DNA of 64,000 bases, from positions 100,952,699 through 101,016,698 of the forward strand of contig NC_092382.1 in the NCBI RefSeq assembly GCF_030028105.1, given 5' to 3'. Positions 13,618 to 27,356 of the stretch are shown piece after piece. This DNA is from Mobula birostris. Lineage: Eukaryota. The notes beneath the pieces were generated by a model. The model was not told the DNA's origin. It made no database searches and was given only the letters and a program-made list of their open reading frames with translations. Within the stretch, counting starts at the first letter, position 1, and each line of letters begins with the position of its first letter. A program made the position numbers and the translations under genes.

Positions 13618-14174
13618 AGGACTCCACCCGCAGAAGTAGACGGCCGAGTGGTTCGGCAGCACGCCGGGAGAGGTCAGAATGAACGTCTCGGCATTCGGTC
13701 TCCGGGCGGTGAATCCGTCCACGGCCTCCTGAGGGGAGACGGTGTTGGCAGCCCCGGAGTAAAAGAGGTTGTGAATCTCCTTCCCAGGGTATTGTCTGTA
13801 CCAGTAGAAGGCGTTACCGCTGCTGCTGCCCTTTCTGAGGCACCTCAGAGTCACACTTTCCCCGGGATGCTCGGTGAGGGCCAGTGGAGTCTGAACGATG
13901 GCCTGCGGGCTCACACCTGGAACTGAGACGGGGAGAAGGGGAAGGTCAATAATCTACAGAACGGGAGAAGATTCGGGAAAACCGAGGAGCGGGGAGCGGA
14001 TGGAGGGTGGGGTTAGACGGACCGCGTTGAGAGGCGGAATAGCTGAGGAGCGGAAGTGATATATGGGAATGGTCAGTAAATTGAAGGATGGTTGGAGATC
14101 TGTGAAACAAAAGCTCTGGGTCCAGAAGACAGACAATACGATAGGTAGACTGATAAGACTGACAGGGGGAATCA

Positions 14175-14220
<46 letters not shown>

Positions 14221-14703
14221 GGGAGAGGGGCGAGAGCTAAATTTGAAAGAGAGATATGTAGTAAGAATTGGACAAAGGCAAGAGAGAAAGAGAGTCAGAG
14301 AATAAAGAAGAACAGATGAAGAGGAAGATACAGAGATAAAATATTGCCCAGATAAATCGCGAAAATGAGATAGAAAGACAGAGAAAGTGAAGAAGAGTAA
14401 GGGAGAAAGGGAGAAAGGGAGAAGGAGAAATAGGCAGATGGGTATAGACAGAGAATGGAAAGGGATGACTGCGTCAAGTGGATAAGGAAGGGAAGAAAAC
14501 AATAAAACATGTTTGGTGATTGAAATGCAATAAGGAAAAAAAACACAACAGTGGACAAAAAAATAGGAACGGTAGAAAGAAAACACAATGAAAAAATGAG
14601 GGTGGAGATCGAACGAAAACGATAGATAATAGGTTGTGGAATTATTAAAAGAGGTCGACATTTTACCGTGAAGCCAGATTATCAATTGGAGAAACTGCAG
14701 CAT
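13618..14703 (-). CDS. TRBV: TCR beta V segment V6 (family C), near-identical to V3; leader 14703-14667, V exon 13916-13618
   Basis: Same translation as V3. RSS is CACAGTG 13617-13611, 23 nt, ACAAAAACC 13587-13579. Confidence 0.88.
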
Positions 14704-15108
14704 ATTTCACTCAAAGATTTGACTTCACGCTTCCGAGAGGCCTTCGAGAGTGAAATAAGTTCGGACAGGAGGCCCCGCCCTTTCCAGCCTGATGGACGGA
14801 CGTCCGCGCACTGCTATTGGCTGATTTGCTCTTCCCGTTCTGAAGGGCGGGATCGGGGAAGGCGGAGCGGAATAGAGGGACCGGCTGCGCTCTGCTTCAC
14901 TGACTACGGGTCGAGCAGTGTGTGAGATCGGCCGGGGATTGCTCTGAGGAGGGGCGAGGTGGTTTGTGATGTGAGGAACAGAAGAATATTGATTTTTATT
15001 TCTCAGATCAGCCAGATAAGAAACAAAGCACATACCCAGGAAACCACGAATTAATGGTCAGAGGGCTATCTCAGGGCGATTAGGACGGAGAGAAAGAGGC
15101 AGAGAGAG

Positions 15109-15146
<38 letters not shown>

Positions 15147-15928
15147 AGAGATTGTGAGAGATAGAGAGATTGATGGAGAGAGAGAGGGTGGAGAGAGGGA
15201 GATTGAGAGAGCTGGAAACAAAGACGCGGCTTTAATGCGAACAGTATTTTAAGGAAAGAACAGAAAAGCATGAACGCAAGGTAAAACAGAGCTATTAACT
15301 AAAACTCTCACACATGAAACGAGATGCGAATACCGCGTCCGAAACGAATATCCAAGCGTAAACAGAATACCGGTGGTCCTCAGAGTCAGTCCACTGTTCT
15401 CACGGAAGGCCAAATGCAAGCCGGCAGCGTAGCGTTGCTGTGCTTTGCTCGAGTATCGACAAGAGCTACAACGACAAGTAGGGAGTTAAATATCGCCGTG
15501 ATAAGGTAATTATCTGACACGTACATATCCACGAGCACAGTTATCGCATCTGCTGTGCAACCGAGTCCTGGTTGTGACAGGGCTCCCGCATCCTTCCTTT
15601 GTCTTGTTTGGTGGAAACCTAACGGACTCTCCTCTGTCCAGCTCTTCATTCTAACCATGACCCGTTGTAAGCAATGACAACCTGTTGCACTTCGCGCAAC
15701 ACAGCCAAGCTTCGCGTTTCCCTCAGATATCGATACCGCTTGTCTGAGTCACTGCTTTACATCCTCGTGAATCTGAGAATACAAGGATTGTCGTCTTTTG
15801 GATGGTGTCGGACGTTTGGCATTCATTTTGATAGAAGGACATAATGTGCAGAGGGACAGGATAGGGACCAAATAGAAATCCCCTTTGAGAAGCTATGGGT
15901 CACCTTCATTGCATTGGGCACGGTGCTG

Positions 15929-15944
15929 TAGCGCCCTCCGCTGG
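15929..15944 (-). promoter_or_regulatory. CTCF-like motif (cassette 2/3 boundary)
   Basis: CCAGCGGAGGGCGCTA on the minus strand. Confidence 0.6.
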
Positions 15945-17378
15945 ACGGATGTATAAAATCAAGTAAATTCTAACCCACTTGCTCCCCAAGCAGAATCATA
16001 AATCAGAACGGCACAGATACTGGCCCAACCGTGCCAACAAGCGAACCGGAATTTCCCAATGCTCCCCGCTCCACTTGCTTCCTCAATTTTACTAAGGCAC
16101 TGCCACAACCCCTTCCCCTGACAAATGCGCACATTACTTGAGAGTAGCCTCATCAACGCCTTATATAACTACAGCATAATGTTTCATCTCCTGTGCTCAA
16201 AGTCCAGGGAAAAGGAGATGCGGAGTGGTTCAGGTGGGGGCGGGAGATGATTGTGTCATTACCGGAAGTCAGTGAAATCAATATTCATGCATCTGGCTCG
16301 AGGCTACCCAGAGGAGTATAAGATGCTGTTCCTCCGGCATTGTGTGCGTGTTACAAAGTGCATACCCGAGACGATCAGCATCGACTGGCACTGACAGCCC
16401 TTCTCCGCTGAATCCACCCCCACTCCCGACTCTATCAGATCCCGTCACCATCCGCTCCTCCTGCAACACTTGCTCCCGCTCTTCTGGCGGCCGGGCCGCC
16501 GATCCATTGTTGGTTTGCCAGCAGTCCGGTTCAATAGGTGAAATATACTGTAAATGACAGCAATTATAAATAAATAAACGACTGCTCAGATCAACAAACA
16601 AACAAACAATAAATAGCAAATAAATACATCAATAGAACAATGCGGAAATAAAGAAATGAATCGTTAGAGAAAGAAGCACGTATGTCATTAAACAGATAGN
16701 NNNNNNNNNNNNNNNNNNNNNNNNNNNNNNNNNNNNNNNNNNNNNNNNNNNNNNNNNNNNNNNNNNNNNNNNNNNNNNNNNNNNNNNNNNNNNNNNNNNN
16801 NNNNNNNNNNNNNNNNNNNNNNNNNNNNNNNNNNNNNNNNNNNNNNNGGGAAAAATACTGAAGCAGTGTTGACATGTTCATTTTCCGATCAGAAATCTGA
16901 TGGCGGAGGGGCAGAAGGTGTTCCTGAATCGCTGAGTATGTGTCTTCAGTCTCCTGTACCCCCTCCTCGATGGCAGCACTGCGAAGAGGGTATCTCCTTG
17001 GTGGTTGGGGTCGCGAGTGATGGTTGCTGCCTTTTTGAGGTTTCTCTCCTTGAAGATGCCCTCGATGCTGGAGAAGCTATTGCTGATGACGGATGTGATT
17101 GCGTTCACCACTGTCTAAACACCGGAAACTGCTGATGCTGGAAATCTGAATCAACACACATAATATGAGAAGGTCTGGGCGCGGACATGGAAATGAACAG
17201 ACAGTTGACGTTTCCTGCAGACACCCACCTCTTCAGCATTTTCCGATACTGCCGATTGGCCCCTCCACACCAGACGGTGACTGCAGGCGGCAATTTGCCC
17301 GGATGGGGCGGGGAATAGACGAGGCGTTTCTCCCCAGTCGCCACCTCGCACAACACAGAGAGGGATTCCGGAGAGAGG

Positions 17379-18659
17379 ATGTTGCTGTTACTGGTCCTGG
17401 CGCCGTTGCTTCAACGTAAGAAATAATCTAACACAACAATTAATCTTCAATCATTAACCAGGTTTGGGTCACTATATTATCGGAAAGATGTTAAAATAGA
17501 ACGAGTGCAGAAAAGATTTACCAGGGTAATGCAATGGTCTGAGTGTCCAAGAATCAAGGAGAAATTGCCCGGACTAGGATTTCATTCCCAGCAAAATCGA
17601 GGATGCGGACACAGATTTAAAATGGGACGGGAACTGTACTGTACTTAAAACGGGACGGCACGGGATTATGAATGGGAGTCGAGAGATTGAAAGGGGACAT
17701 CAGATGATGATGGTTAGTTGTTGCTAGAAATAATGACGGACATGTTAACAAAGTTTAAATATCATCTACTTATACAGAAGTGCATCGATAGGAGAGGGTC
17801 ACAGGGCGATTGGCTGGACACGGTCAGCTGGGACGGTCTCGGTTGTAAACAGTGACACCATGGCCGGGTTCGGCTGAAGGGGTCCGTTCCCATGGCGATG
17901 TCAAAGTTAAATTCCAGTTTATTGTGTTTGACCAACTTACGGGCGGCAGCATCAAATGCACAGAACACCAGACGAGCAACATTCACGGGGAAAAACGACG
18001 TCAATATAAACTATTCACGACTAAAGGTCAAACCAGTTCAGTTTCAGTTTAAAAAGATCAAGATGGTCCCGGTGTTGCTGAACTGCAGTAATCCATGACC
18101 TGTCGTTTGGATACCGAATGAGTCAAGGAACTTAGAGATAATTATCATATTAATATTTTATGCTGTTTAGAACGTATATATTGCTATTTTTAGCAAATTC
18201 TTTCGCGTTATTTACCACTGACCGAATTCCTCGAAATCTGCTCAAACTGATCGCCTCGTTCGTTTTCCCCTACACTCTGTCCTTCCCTTTAACCACAGAT
18301 CCCACGTACACGGGTCTTTCTGTTCATTTAACTCTCTCCACATCCCGTTCCCCTCCCCAGGAGCGACGTCGCAGTCCGTTCGCCAGGACACGCCGGCTCT
18401 GTCCAAATCTCCCGGCGAGAGCGTGGAGCTGAAATGCATCCTGGACGGCGGTAGCGCTAGCAATTATCTCTACTGGTACAGACAATATCCGGGAAAGGAG
18501 ATTCAGTACATGTTTCATTCCACAACGATCAAAACCGTCAGTACGGAGGAGGCTGTGGACGGCTTCACTGCACGGAGACCCGATGCAAACACGTTCATTC
18601 TCAACTCCACCAGCCTGCGCCCGGACCAGTCGGCTGTCTACCACTGCGCCTGGAGTACT
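17379..18659 (+). CDS. TRBV: TCR beta V segment V7 (family A), same protein as V4; leader 17379-17415, V exon 18361-18659
   Basis: Open spliced frame. RSS is CACAGTG 18660-18666, 23 nt, ACAAAAACC 18690-18698. Confidence 0.88.
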
Positions 18660-20140
18660 CACAGTGGCTCAGAGACAAGCCGGGGCCCGACAAAAACCTT
18701 CGCAGTCGACAGGAAGCAGGTGAGTGTGAGAACCATTGATCTGCATTGCACTGAACACGCACAAGATTGTTGAAAAACACGTGCAAGGCAGCATTAGCAA
18801 GTCTGCAGGTGACACTGAGAAGCAGTGGTATCGTTCCAGATTAGATCGAGGTGCGAGGGTGAAAACGACCTATCGAGCTGTTGCCAAAGGAGGAGACAGT
18901 GAATTGAGGAAACGAATCCTCACATGGGAGCGGTGAAGAATCCGGGGCGGCACGGTAAAGGAGCGTAGCGGGTAACGTCACAATATTAACGCGCTCGCAT
19001 TTATTTCCACCGTGACCACACGGGCTTCCTCCGGTTTTCCCGCATAATCGCAAACATTCGTACATTACAAAGACTGACTGAGACGGTTTGATCAAAGTGA
19101 AAATCAATTACAGGGCCGGACAAAACAAGAGAAGCTGTCGAAACGGGCAGAAGTTTTGGGAAGTTAGAATGGGATATGATTTTCAACGTGAATGTTGGAG
19201 AACTGGGTAGTGTTGTGGAACAGAGGGACCATGGAGAGGAGGTAAAAGGTTCATGGAAGGTGGAGTCACAAGTAGACGGGGCGGCGAGGAAGGCGTTTAC
19301 ACGCAGACCCTCGTCAGTCAGGACACTGAGTACGGCAGGCGGGAGGTTATGCTGCAATTGTACGAGACTGAGGTCAGTTCGCACTTGGAGTACAGTGTTA
19401 ATGTTTGGACGTCCCGCTGCAGCGAAAGGTGCCACTGAGCTGAGGGAGAGGGAGATTGACGAGGATGCTGCCTGGATGGAGACAGACCACTAATCGAGCT
19501 CTTGCCAGCTGACGGGACAGTGATCTGGAGAAACGTATTCTCACATGGGAGTGGAGGGTGGTAAGTGCCGGCACGGTGGAGTGCCATTACGGTGAACGAG
19601 ACGCTGTTTCTGCTCTCCGATTCAGTTCCGCGGCTGTCTGTAAGGAGTTTGCACACTCTCCAGGTAACCTCTTGGGCGTCCTCCTGTTTAATCACACATT
19701 CACACAGCTTCCTACAATTTAAAGACGTGCGGGTGGGTAGGACTGATCACATGAGCCGGGAGGCCTGCGACCGTGCTGTTTCCCTCAATATAACCAGTAA
19801 AATATGAACATCTTCTTACAATGACGATGTGATCAAATGATTTTTGCGGGGCAAGTTGTTTGCATTTTCAACACAGAGTGTGGTGGGAGGCTGGAATTTG
19901 TTGCGAGGGGTGGTGGTGGTGTTGAAGGCAGATACGACAGAGGCTCAGTAACAACACGAGTTCAGATAGTAAACGATGCAACGCTACTGACGCTTCATGG
20001 GTGATGAGACCTTGGTGACGGCAGAGAGTTCAGTAGTCATATGGCCTTGGGGAAGGAGCTGCTTCCCTTCCGAACAGTTCTTGTCCAAGATGTGCGGGGC
20101 AAGTTTCATTATGTAGAGAGCGGTGCTGCCTGAAAAGCCC

Positions 20141-21040
20141 GCAACCACAACAGGGACAGAGTTCCCCTTGTCCCCACCAGCCTGCGGATCCAGCACATTA
20201 TCCTCCTCAACTTCCGCCACCTTCAACAGGACCCCACCACCAAGCACATCTTCCTTTCTCCACCCCTCTCCGCCTTCCGCAGGGTTCGGTCCCTCCGCGA
20301 CTCGCCCGTACACACGACCCTCCCCACGGATCTCCCAACCGGCACTTATCCCTGTAAGCGTAAGTGGTACACCTGTCCCTACACCTCCTCTCTTGCCACC
20401 ATTCAGGGCCCCAAACAGTCCTTGCAGGTGAGACAACACTTCACTTGTGAGTCTGTTGGGGTCATCTATTGCATCCAGTGCTCCCGGTGCGGCCTCCTCT
20501 ACATCGGTGAAACCCGACGCAGATTGGGGGACCGCTTCGTCGAGCACCTCCACTCCGTCCGCCACAACAGACAGGATCTCCCGGTAGCCACCCACTTCAA
20601 CTATACTTCCCATTCCCATTCAGATATGTCTATACATGGCCTCCTCTACTGCCATGAGGTTAAACTCAGGTTGGAGGAGCAGCACCTCATTAACTGTCTA
20701 GGTAGTCTCCAGCCCGTTGGTATGAACATAGAATTCTCCAAATTTCGGTAATTCCCTCCCCTTCCCTTCCTCTGTCTCTATTTCACTCTAGCCCTCCCCC
20801 AGCTTCCACATGGTTTCGCCTCCTTCTTCTACTACCCATTGTTTTCAGGACTATGACGTCAATGCTTCCCCACCCCCACCCCTTTGTCTTTCAAGTTACT
20901 GGTCTTTCAACTGAAGCTACAAGCATTCTTCAAATCCTTCCCCATCTTTCATTGTTCAGTCCTGACGAAGGGTTGCGGCCCTAAACGTCGACTCATCATT
21001 TGTGACTGATGCTGCCCGACCTGCTGAGTTCATCCAGCGT
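20141..21040 (+). mobile_element. Penelope-like 3' fragment (GIY-YIG region plus tail with mutated hammerhead 20958-20993)
   Basis: 20422-20751 translates QVRQHFTCESVGVIYCIQCSRCGLLYIGETRRRLGDRF. The hammerhead GAAA is mutated to TAAA. Confidence 0.85.
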
Positions 21041-21269
21041 GCAAACAGCCGTCGGTGTCCTCCGGGGCTGGGAGCAGTGTGTCCCGATGTTCTTCTGTGC
21101 GCTGGCGACGGCCCGCCGAAGTGCTTTCCTGTCGGCTGTGGTACAATTGAGACCTCTGCCAGATCTCCGTGCTCCCCAGGATGGAAGTCCCCGTCCCTTC
21201 CACCTTTCCCTGAGGCTCGGGTCCTCAGATGGAGTCTAATCCAGGTCAAGGTGAGGTGCCACACCTCGG

Positions 21270-21908
21270 CAGGGCAAGCAGACAATAGGGGCAGGAGTAG
21301 GCCATTCGGCCCCTTTGAGCCAGCACCGCCATTCACTGTGATCATGGCTGATCATCCACAATCAGTATCCAGATTCTGCCTTATCCCCATAACCTTTGAT
21401 TCCACTATCTTTAAGAGCTCTATCCATCTCTTTCTTGAAAGCATCCAGAGACTTGGCCTCCACAGCCTTCTGGGGCAGAGCATTCCACATATCCACCATT
21501 CTCTGGGTGAAAAAGTTTTTCCTCAACTCCGTTCTAAATGGCCTACCCCTAATTCTTAAACTGTGGCCTCTGGTTCTGGACTCCCCCAATATGCTTCCTG
21601 CCTCCAGCGTGTCCAAATCCTTAAATAATCTTGTATGTTGCAATCAGATCCCCTCTCAGCCTTCTAAGTTCCAGCGTACGCAAGCCCAGTCGCTCCCATC
21701 TTTCAACATATGACAGTCCCGCCATCCCGGGAATTAACCTTGTGAACCTCCCCTGCACTCCCTCAATGGCAAGAATCTCTTTCCTCAAATTTGGAGACCA
21801 AAACTGCACACAGTACTCCAGATGTGGTCTCACCAGGGCCCTGTACAGCTGCAGAAGGACCTCTTTACTCTTATACTCAATTCTCCTTGTTATGAAGACC
21901 AGCATGCC
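21270..21908 (-). mobile_element. CR1-type LINE 3' fragment
   Basis: Minus frames read YKSKEVLLQLYRALVRPHLEYCVQFWSP and RTRGHSLRIRGRPFRTELRKNFFTQR. Confidence 0.88.
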
Positions 21909-22309
21909 ACCTGTGGGATCCCTCAGGACTCTCCCTCACCTCATCTGCCCGAGCAACCTCACGCCTTGTTTTCGCCCTCCCGATTTCCCTCCGGACTGTC
22001 CTCCTGCATTCCTCTGGCCTGCTCTGGTCTTGCTCTGGCCTTGCCTAGGCCTGCTGAGGCAGGCCTCAATAATCGCTTGAAGACCAGGCTCTCCGTGAGG
22101 CACAGGAGAAGAATTAGGCCGTCACTCAGTCGAGGCCGATCCTTTTCCTCCCCTCCATCTCCTCCTCAACCCCAGTTCCCGGCCTTCTCCTCCGTAACCT
22201 TCGATGCCTTGCCCAAACCAAGAAGCTATCCCTCTCTGCCTTAAATACACCCAACCATCCACAGCTGCCTGCTGTAAGAAATTTCACAAATTCACCAACC
22301 CCCTGGTTG

Positions 22310-22743
22310 CTGGTGTTGTAGATAGTGTAGAGGATTGTCAAAGATTGCAGAGAGATATTGACAGGATGCAGAAGTGGGCTGAGAAGTGGCAGATGGCGTT
22401 CAACCCGGAGAAGTGTGAGGTGGGACACTTTGGAAGGACAAACTCCAAGGCAGAGTACAAAGTAAATGACAGGATACTTGGTAGTGTGGAGGAGCAGAGG
22501 GATCTGGGGGTACATGTCCACAGATTCCCTGAAAGTTGCCTCACAGGTGGATAGGGTAGTTAAGAAAGCTTATGGGGGGTTAGCTTTCATAAGTCGAGGG
22601 ACAGAGTTTAAGAGTCGCGATGGAATGATGCAGCTCTATAAAACTCTGGTTAGGCCACACTCGGAGTATTGTGTCCAGTTCTGGTCACCTCACTATAGGA
22701 AGGATGTGGAAGCATTGGAAAGGGTACAGAGGAGATTTACCAG
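22310..22743 (+). mobile_element. CR1-type LINE internal fragment
   Basis: DSVEDCQRLQRDIDRMQKWAEKWQMAFNPEKCEV followed by a frameshifted LYKTLVRPHSEYCVQFWSP. Confidence 0.88.
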
Positions 22744-23694
22744 AAGAGAAGGAGTGAGGGGAGAGGGAGGGAGAGAGGAGGGGAGAGGGGGGGGAGAGGG
22801 GGAGANNNNNNNNNNNNNNNNNNNNNNNNNNNNNNNNNNNNNNNNNNNNNNNNNNNNNNNNNNNNNNNNNNNNNNNNNNNNNNNNNNNNNNNNNNNNNNN
22901 NNNNNNNNNNNNNNNNNNNNNNNNNNNNNNNNNNNNNNNNNNNNNNNNNNNNNNNNNNNNNNNNNNNNNNNNNNNNNNNNNNNNNNNNNNNNNNNNNNNN
23001 NNNNNNNNNNNNNNNNNNNNNNNNNNNNNNNNNNNNNNNNNNNNNNNNNNNNNNNNNNNNNNNNNNNNNNNNNNNNNNNNNNNNNNNNNNNNNNNNNNNN
23101 NNNNNNNNNNNNNNNNNNNNNNNNNNNNNNNNNNNNNNNNNNNNGGGGAGAGAGTGGGGAAAGAGAGTGGGGGAGAGCACGGAGCAAGGGGAAAGAGGGG
23201 AGAGAGAGGGGACAGAGAGGGGCGAGAGGGATCTCACCTGATTTTCTGTGCCTCCAGCTCCTTCACGGCCTCCCTCAGCCGCTCGGCTGCTCCCTCGGCC
23301 TCCCGGCGCCCCTCCTCCTCCTCGGCGGCCGCCCTCCGGGCCTCGGCTGCCTCACCCTGCGCCTCCCTCAGAGCCTCCTCGGCCTGCCGGGCGGCGTCCC
23401 GGGCCCGCGACACGTCTGCCGTCAGCGAGGATTACAGCGTCTACAGAGTATTTAGTGTAAATACAAACAGGCGTTATCCACTGAGTTTGGATAAGACTAC
23501 AACCCGCGGAGAGGAAACTCGGGAAGAGAGGGAAGAGTAGGGAAAGGTGAGAGCGAGAAAGAAAAAAGAGAGAAAGTACGAGAGAGAGGTAGCGAAGACA
23601 GTAAATGCTTGTTCCTGGCCAAACCCACCGCCAGCTGTTTCCTGTCACGTTAGAAGGTTTATGGTGAACGCCTGTGTGTCACCGAGTCACTGTG

Positions 23695-23848
23695 AGGACT
23701 CCACCCGCAGAGGTAGACGGCCGAGTGGTTCGGCAGCAGGCCGGGAGAGGTCAGGATAAACGTCTCGGCATTCGGTCTTCGGGCGGTGAATAATACGATA
23801 GGTAGAGTGATTAGACTGACAGGGGGAATCAGGTTGAGAGAGCGAGAG

Positions 23849-23921
<73 letters not shown>

Positions 23922-24429
23922 GAGAGGGGCAGAGCTAAATTTGAAAGGGAGATATGTGATAAGAACTGGACAAAGGCAGAGAAATGTTAGGTCAAGAGGG
24001 GAAGAGAGTCAGAGAACTAAGAAGAGCAGATGAAGACGAAGATACAGTGATAAAATATTGCCCAGGTAAATCGCGAAAATGAGATAGAAAGACAGAGAAA
24101 GGGAAGAAGAGTATGGGAGAAAGGGAGAGTGAGAAAGGGAGAAAGGGAAAGGGAGAAAAGGGCAGATGGGTACAGACAGAGAATGGAAAGGGATGAATAC
24201 TTCAAGTGGATAAGGAAGGGCAGAAAACAACAAAACATGTTTGATGATTGAAATACAATAGGGCAAAAACACAACAGTGGATAAAAAATAGGAACGGCAT
24301 ATAGAAAGGGAGATGAAAAAAATGAGGGTGGAGATCGAACGAAAACGATAGGGAATAGGTTGTGGAATTATTAAACGAGGTCGACATTTTACCGTGAAGC
24401 CAGATTATCAACTGGAGAAACTGCAGCAT
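23695..24429 (-). pseudogene. TRBV: TRBV pseudogene V8 (family C): acceptor and 5' two-thirds of the V exon deleted
   Basis: Leader 24429-24393 is intact, but intron sequence joins directly to FR3 at ~23791, so only 23791-23695 (..AVYLCGWSP) remains. RSS is CACAGTG 23694-23688, 23 nt, degenerate nonamer CCATAAACC 23664-23656. Confidence 0.88.
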
Positions 24430-25882
24430 ATTTCACTCAAAGGTTTGACTTCACGATTTCGAGAGGCCGTCGAGAGTGAAATGAGTTCGAACAGGAGGCC
24501 CCGCCCTTTCCGGCCTGATGGACAGACGTCCTCGCACTGCTATTGGCTGATTTGCTCCTCCCGTTCTGAAGAGCGGGTTCGGGGTGGGCGGAGCGGAGTA
24601 GAGGGAGCGGCTGCGCTCTGCTTCACTGGCTGCGGGCCGAGCTGTGTGTGAGATCGGCCGGGGATTTCTCCGAGGAGGCGCGAGGCAGTTTGGGATTTGA
24701 GGTTCAGAAGCGCTTTGATTTTTTATTTCTCAGAACAGCCAAATAACAAACAAGGCACATACCCAGGAAACCGCGAATTAACGGTCAGAGGGGTGTCTCA
24801 GGGCGATTAGCACGGAGAGAGACAGAGAGAGGGGAGCGAGAGAAAGAGTGAGAGAGAGAGAGAGAGAGAAGGAGAGAGATTGAGAGAGGGAGACATACAT
24901 GAAGAGAGAGAGAGCAGCTGCGGAGATTGACAGAGCTTGAAAGAGAAAAACGGGGCTTTAATGCGAACAGTATTTCAAGGGGACAAACAGAAAGCAATAA
25001 ACACTAGGCCAACCAGAGCTATTAACTAAAACTCTCACACATGAAACGAGATGCGAACACCGCGTCTGAAACGAATATCCAAGCGTAAACCGAACACCGC
25101 TGGTGTTCGGAGTCAGTCCACTGTTCTCAGGGACGGCCGAATGCAAGCCGACAGCGTAACGTTGCTGTGCTTTGCTCGAGTATAGACAAACACTATAACG
25201 ACAAGCAGGGAGCTAAGTACCACCGTAATGAAGTAATTATCTGATCCCTACATATCCATGAGCACAATTATCGAATCTGCTGCGCAGCCGAGTCCTGGTT
25301 GTGACAGGGCTCCCGCATCCTTCCTTTGTCTTGGTTGTTTGCACCCTGCCGGACACTTCTCTGTCCAGGTCTGCATCCTACCAATGACCCATTGTAAGCA
25401 ACGACAACCTGATGTACTTCCCGCAACACAACCAAGCTTCTCGTTCCCCGCAAGTGTACTACCCACTCTTCCACTTCCTCGTCGAAGTCAGTTGCGATGG
25501 AAACTATACAAGTGGTGTAAAAAGCGAGCGGAATGACAACGCAGTCTATCGGATTACGGACCTTTCAGACCTCTGATGGCGGAGGGGAAGAGCTTGCTCG
25601 AGGACCTTTCACTCTTCAGGCTCCAGTGCCTCCGCTGCGCTGGTCGGAAGGAGAAGAGGAAATGGTCTGGGTTGGCCAGGGCCCTCAGAGATGGATACTG
25701 ATTGCTGGAGACACTGCTTTATATCTGTGTGAATCTATGAATACAGCGAGGTTTGTCGACTTTTGGATGGTATCTGGACGGTTGGCTATGTGTAGAGGGA
25801 CAGGTACCCACTGGATATGGGCCAATTAGAAATCCCCTTCGAGAAGCCGTGGATGTATTTCATTACCTGGTAGATAGTGCGA

Positions 25883-25898
25883 TAGCGCCCTCCGCTGG
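25883..25898 (-). promoter_or_regulatory. CTCF-like motif (cassette 3/4 boundary)
   Basis: CCAGCGGAGGGCGCTA is retained although the flanks have diverged from 7912. Confidence 0.6.
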
Positions 25899-26598
25899 AC
25901 GGATGGATAAAATGAAATAATTCTACACCACGTGCTCCCTTACTGGAGAAACAGAGCAGCAGGGGACAGACACTGGTTGACTAACTAACCCAAATTTCAT
26001 GTTTTCAATGCGCTCCTCTTGATGTTTCAACTCCTGGTCTCAAATTGCGGAATTCCGGAATGACAGACCCGTTCTGCCGCTCTGGATGCGAACCCGCAAA
26101 GACAGCCCAAACTGGTCCTTAATCAGCGATATTAACCACAGACGGAGACCACCGACCCCTCGCTTAGTGAAATTCGTCCATGACATGAAAAAAAAGTTTG
26201 GAAATCCAGCCGGAGACAGACTATACTGACTTGTATTTAAAGGTCTTCTCCGCTGATTCCACGCTCCAGATGCCTCCCTCTGAGAGAGAGACGTCACCCT
26301 CTGCTGCTCCTACAACTCCAGCCCCTGGTCTCCAGGCGACCAGGCCGCCAATCTCAAGGGGATGGTTGGCGAATCATTATCAGAACCGGACACCGAGTTA
26401 TTTCCAATGGTACATGTCCTAAAATTTATTGTGCAATAGATCAAATGTATGATAAATTACAGTAAATGTAAATAAAAACGGAAATAAATTAATAAACAGA
26501 CGACTGCGCAGACAATAGCTGTCAAATAAACAAATAGACTAATATGGTATTTAATATATAGTCAGCTTAAAAACAGATGTACGCTTAAACAGATTGTG

Positions 26599-26647
<49 letters not shown>

Positions 26648-27356
26648 AACAATGTGGGGCAAACAAGAGAGGGAAAAAACACTGAGGTGATGTTCATGGG
26701 TTCATGAGCCGATCAAAAATCTGATGGCGGAGGGGAAGAAGCTGTTCCCGAATCGTTGAGTGCGTGTCCCCAATCTCCCTCACCTCCCCCTTGATGGTAG
26801 TAATGAGAACAGGGCATGTCCTGGGTGTTGGGGGTCGACAATGAATGACGCCGCTTTACTGAAGTTTCCCCTGTTGAAGATATCCTCGATCCCGGGCGGA
26901 GGGGGGTGGGGTCGGGCTGCTGTTCGTGAGGGAGCTGGTTGAGTTTACTTGCCGCTAAAGACATGAAAGTCTCCGGNNNNNNNNNNNNNNNNNNNNNNNN
27001 NNNNNNNNNNNNNNNNNNNNNNNNNNNNNNNNNNNNNNNNNNNNNNNNNNNNNNNNNNNNNNNNNNNNNNNNNNNNNNNNNNNNNNNNNNNNNNNNNNNN
27101 NNNNNNNNNNNNNNNNNNNNNNNNNNNNNNNNNNNNNNNNNNNNNNNNNNNNNNNNNNNNNNNNNNNNNNNNNNNNNNNTGTCTAGGCGCAGATAAGGAA
27201 ATGCCGTTTGGGTCTTTGACCCACCTCCTTCCGCATTTCCCGTGTTCCGGATTGGTGACGCAGGCAGCAATGTGCCCGGAAGGGGCGGGGCCCTGATGCG
27301 GCGTTTTCTCCCCAGTCGCTGCCTCTCACAACGCAGAGAAGGTTTCCGGAGAGAGG

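Noticed and set aside
13954-14703. Long hydrophobic ORFs (249 aa here, 234 aa at 5978-6682) as membrane proteins
   Set aside because: They are the 12-codon family C leader read on into a CT-rich intron; the true frame splices at GTAAAA.
21908-22300. Second exon of the foreign coiled-coil gene
   Set aside because: Candidate splice sites do not give a convincing open continuation of the 23238 exon.
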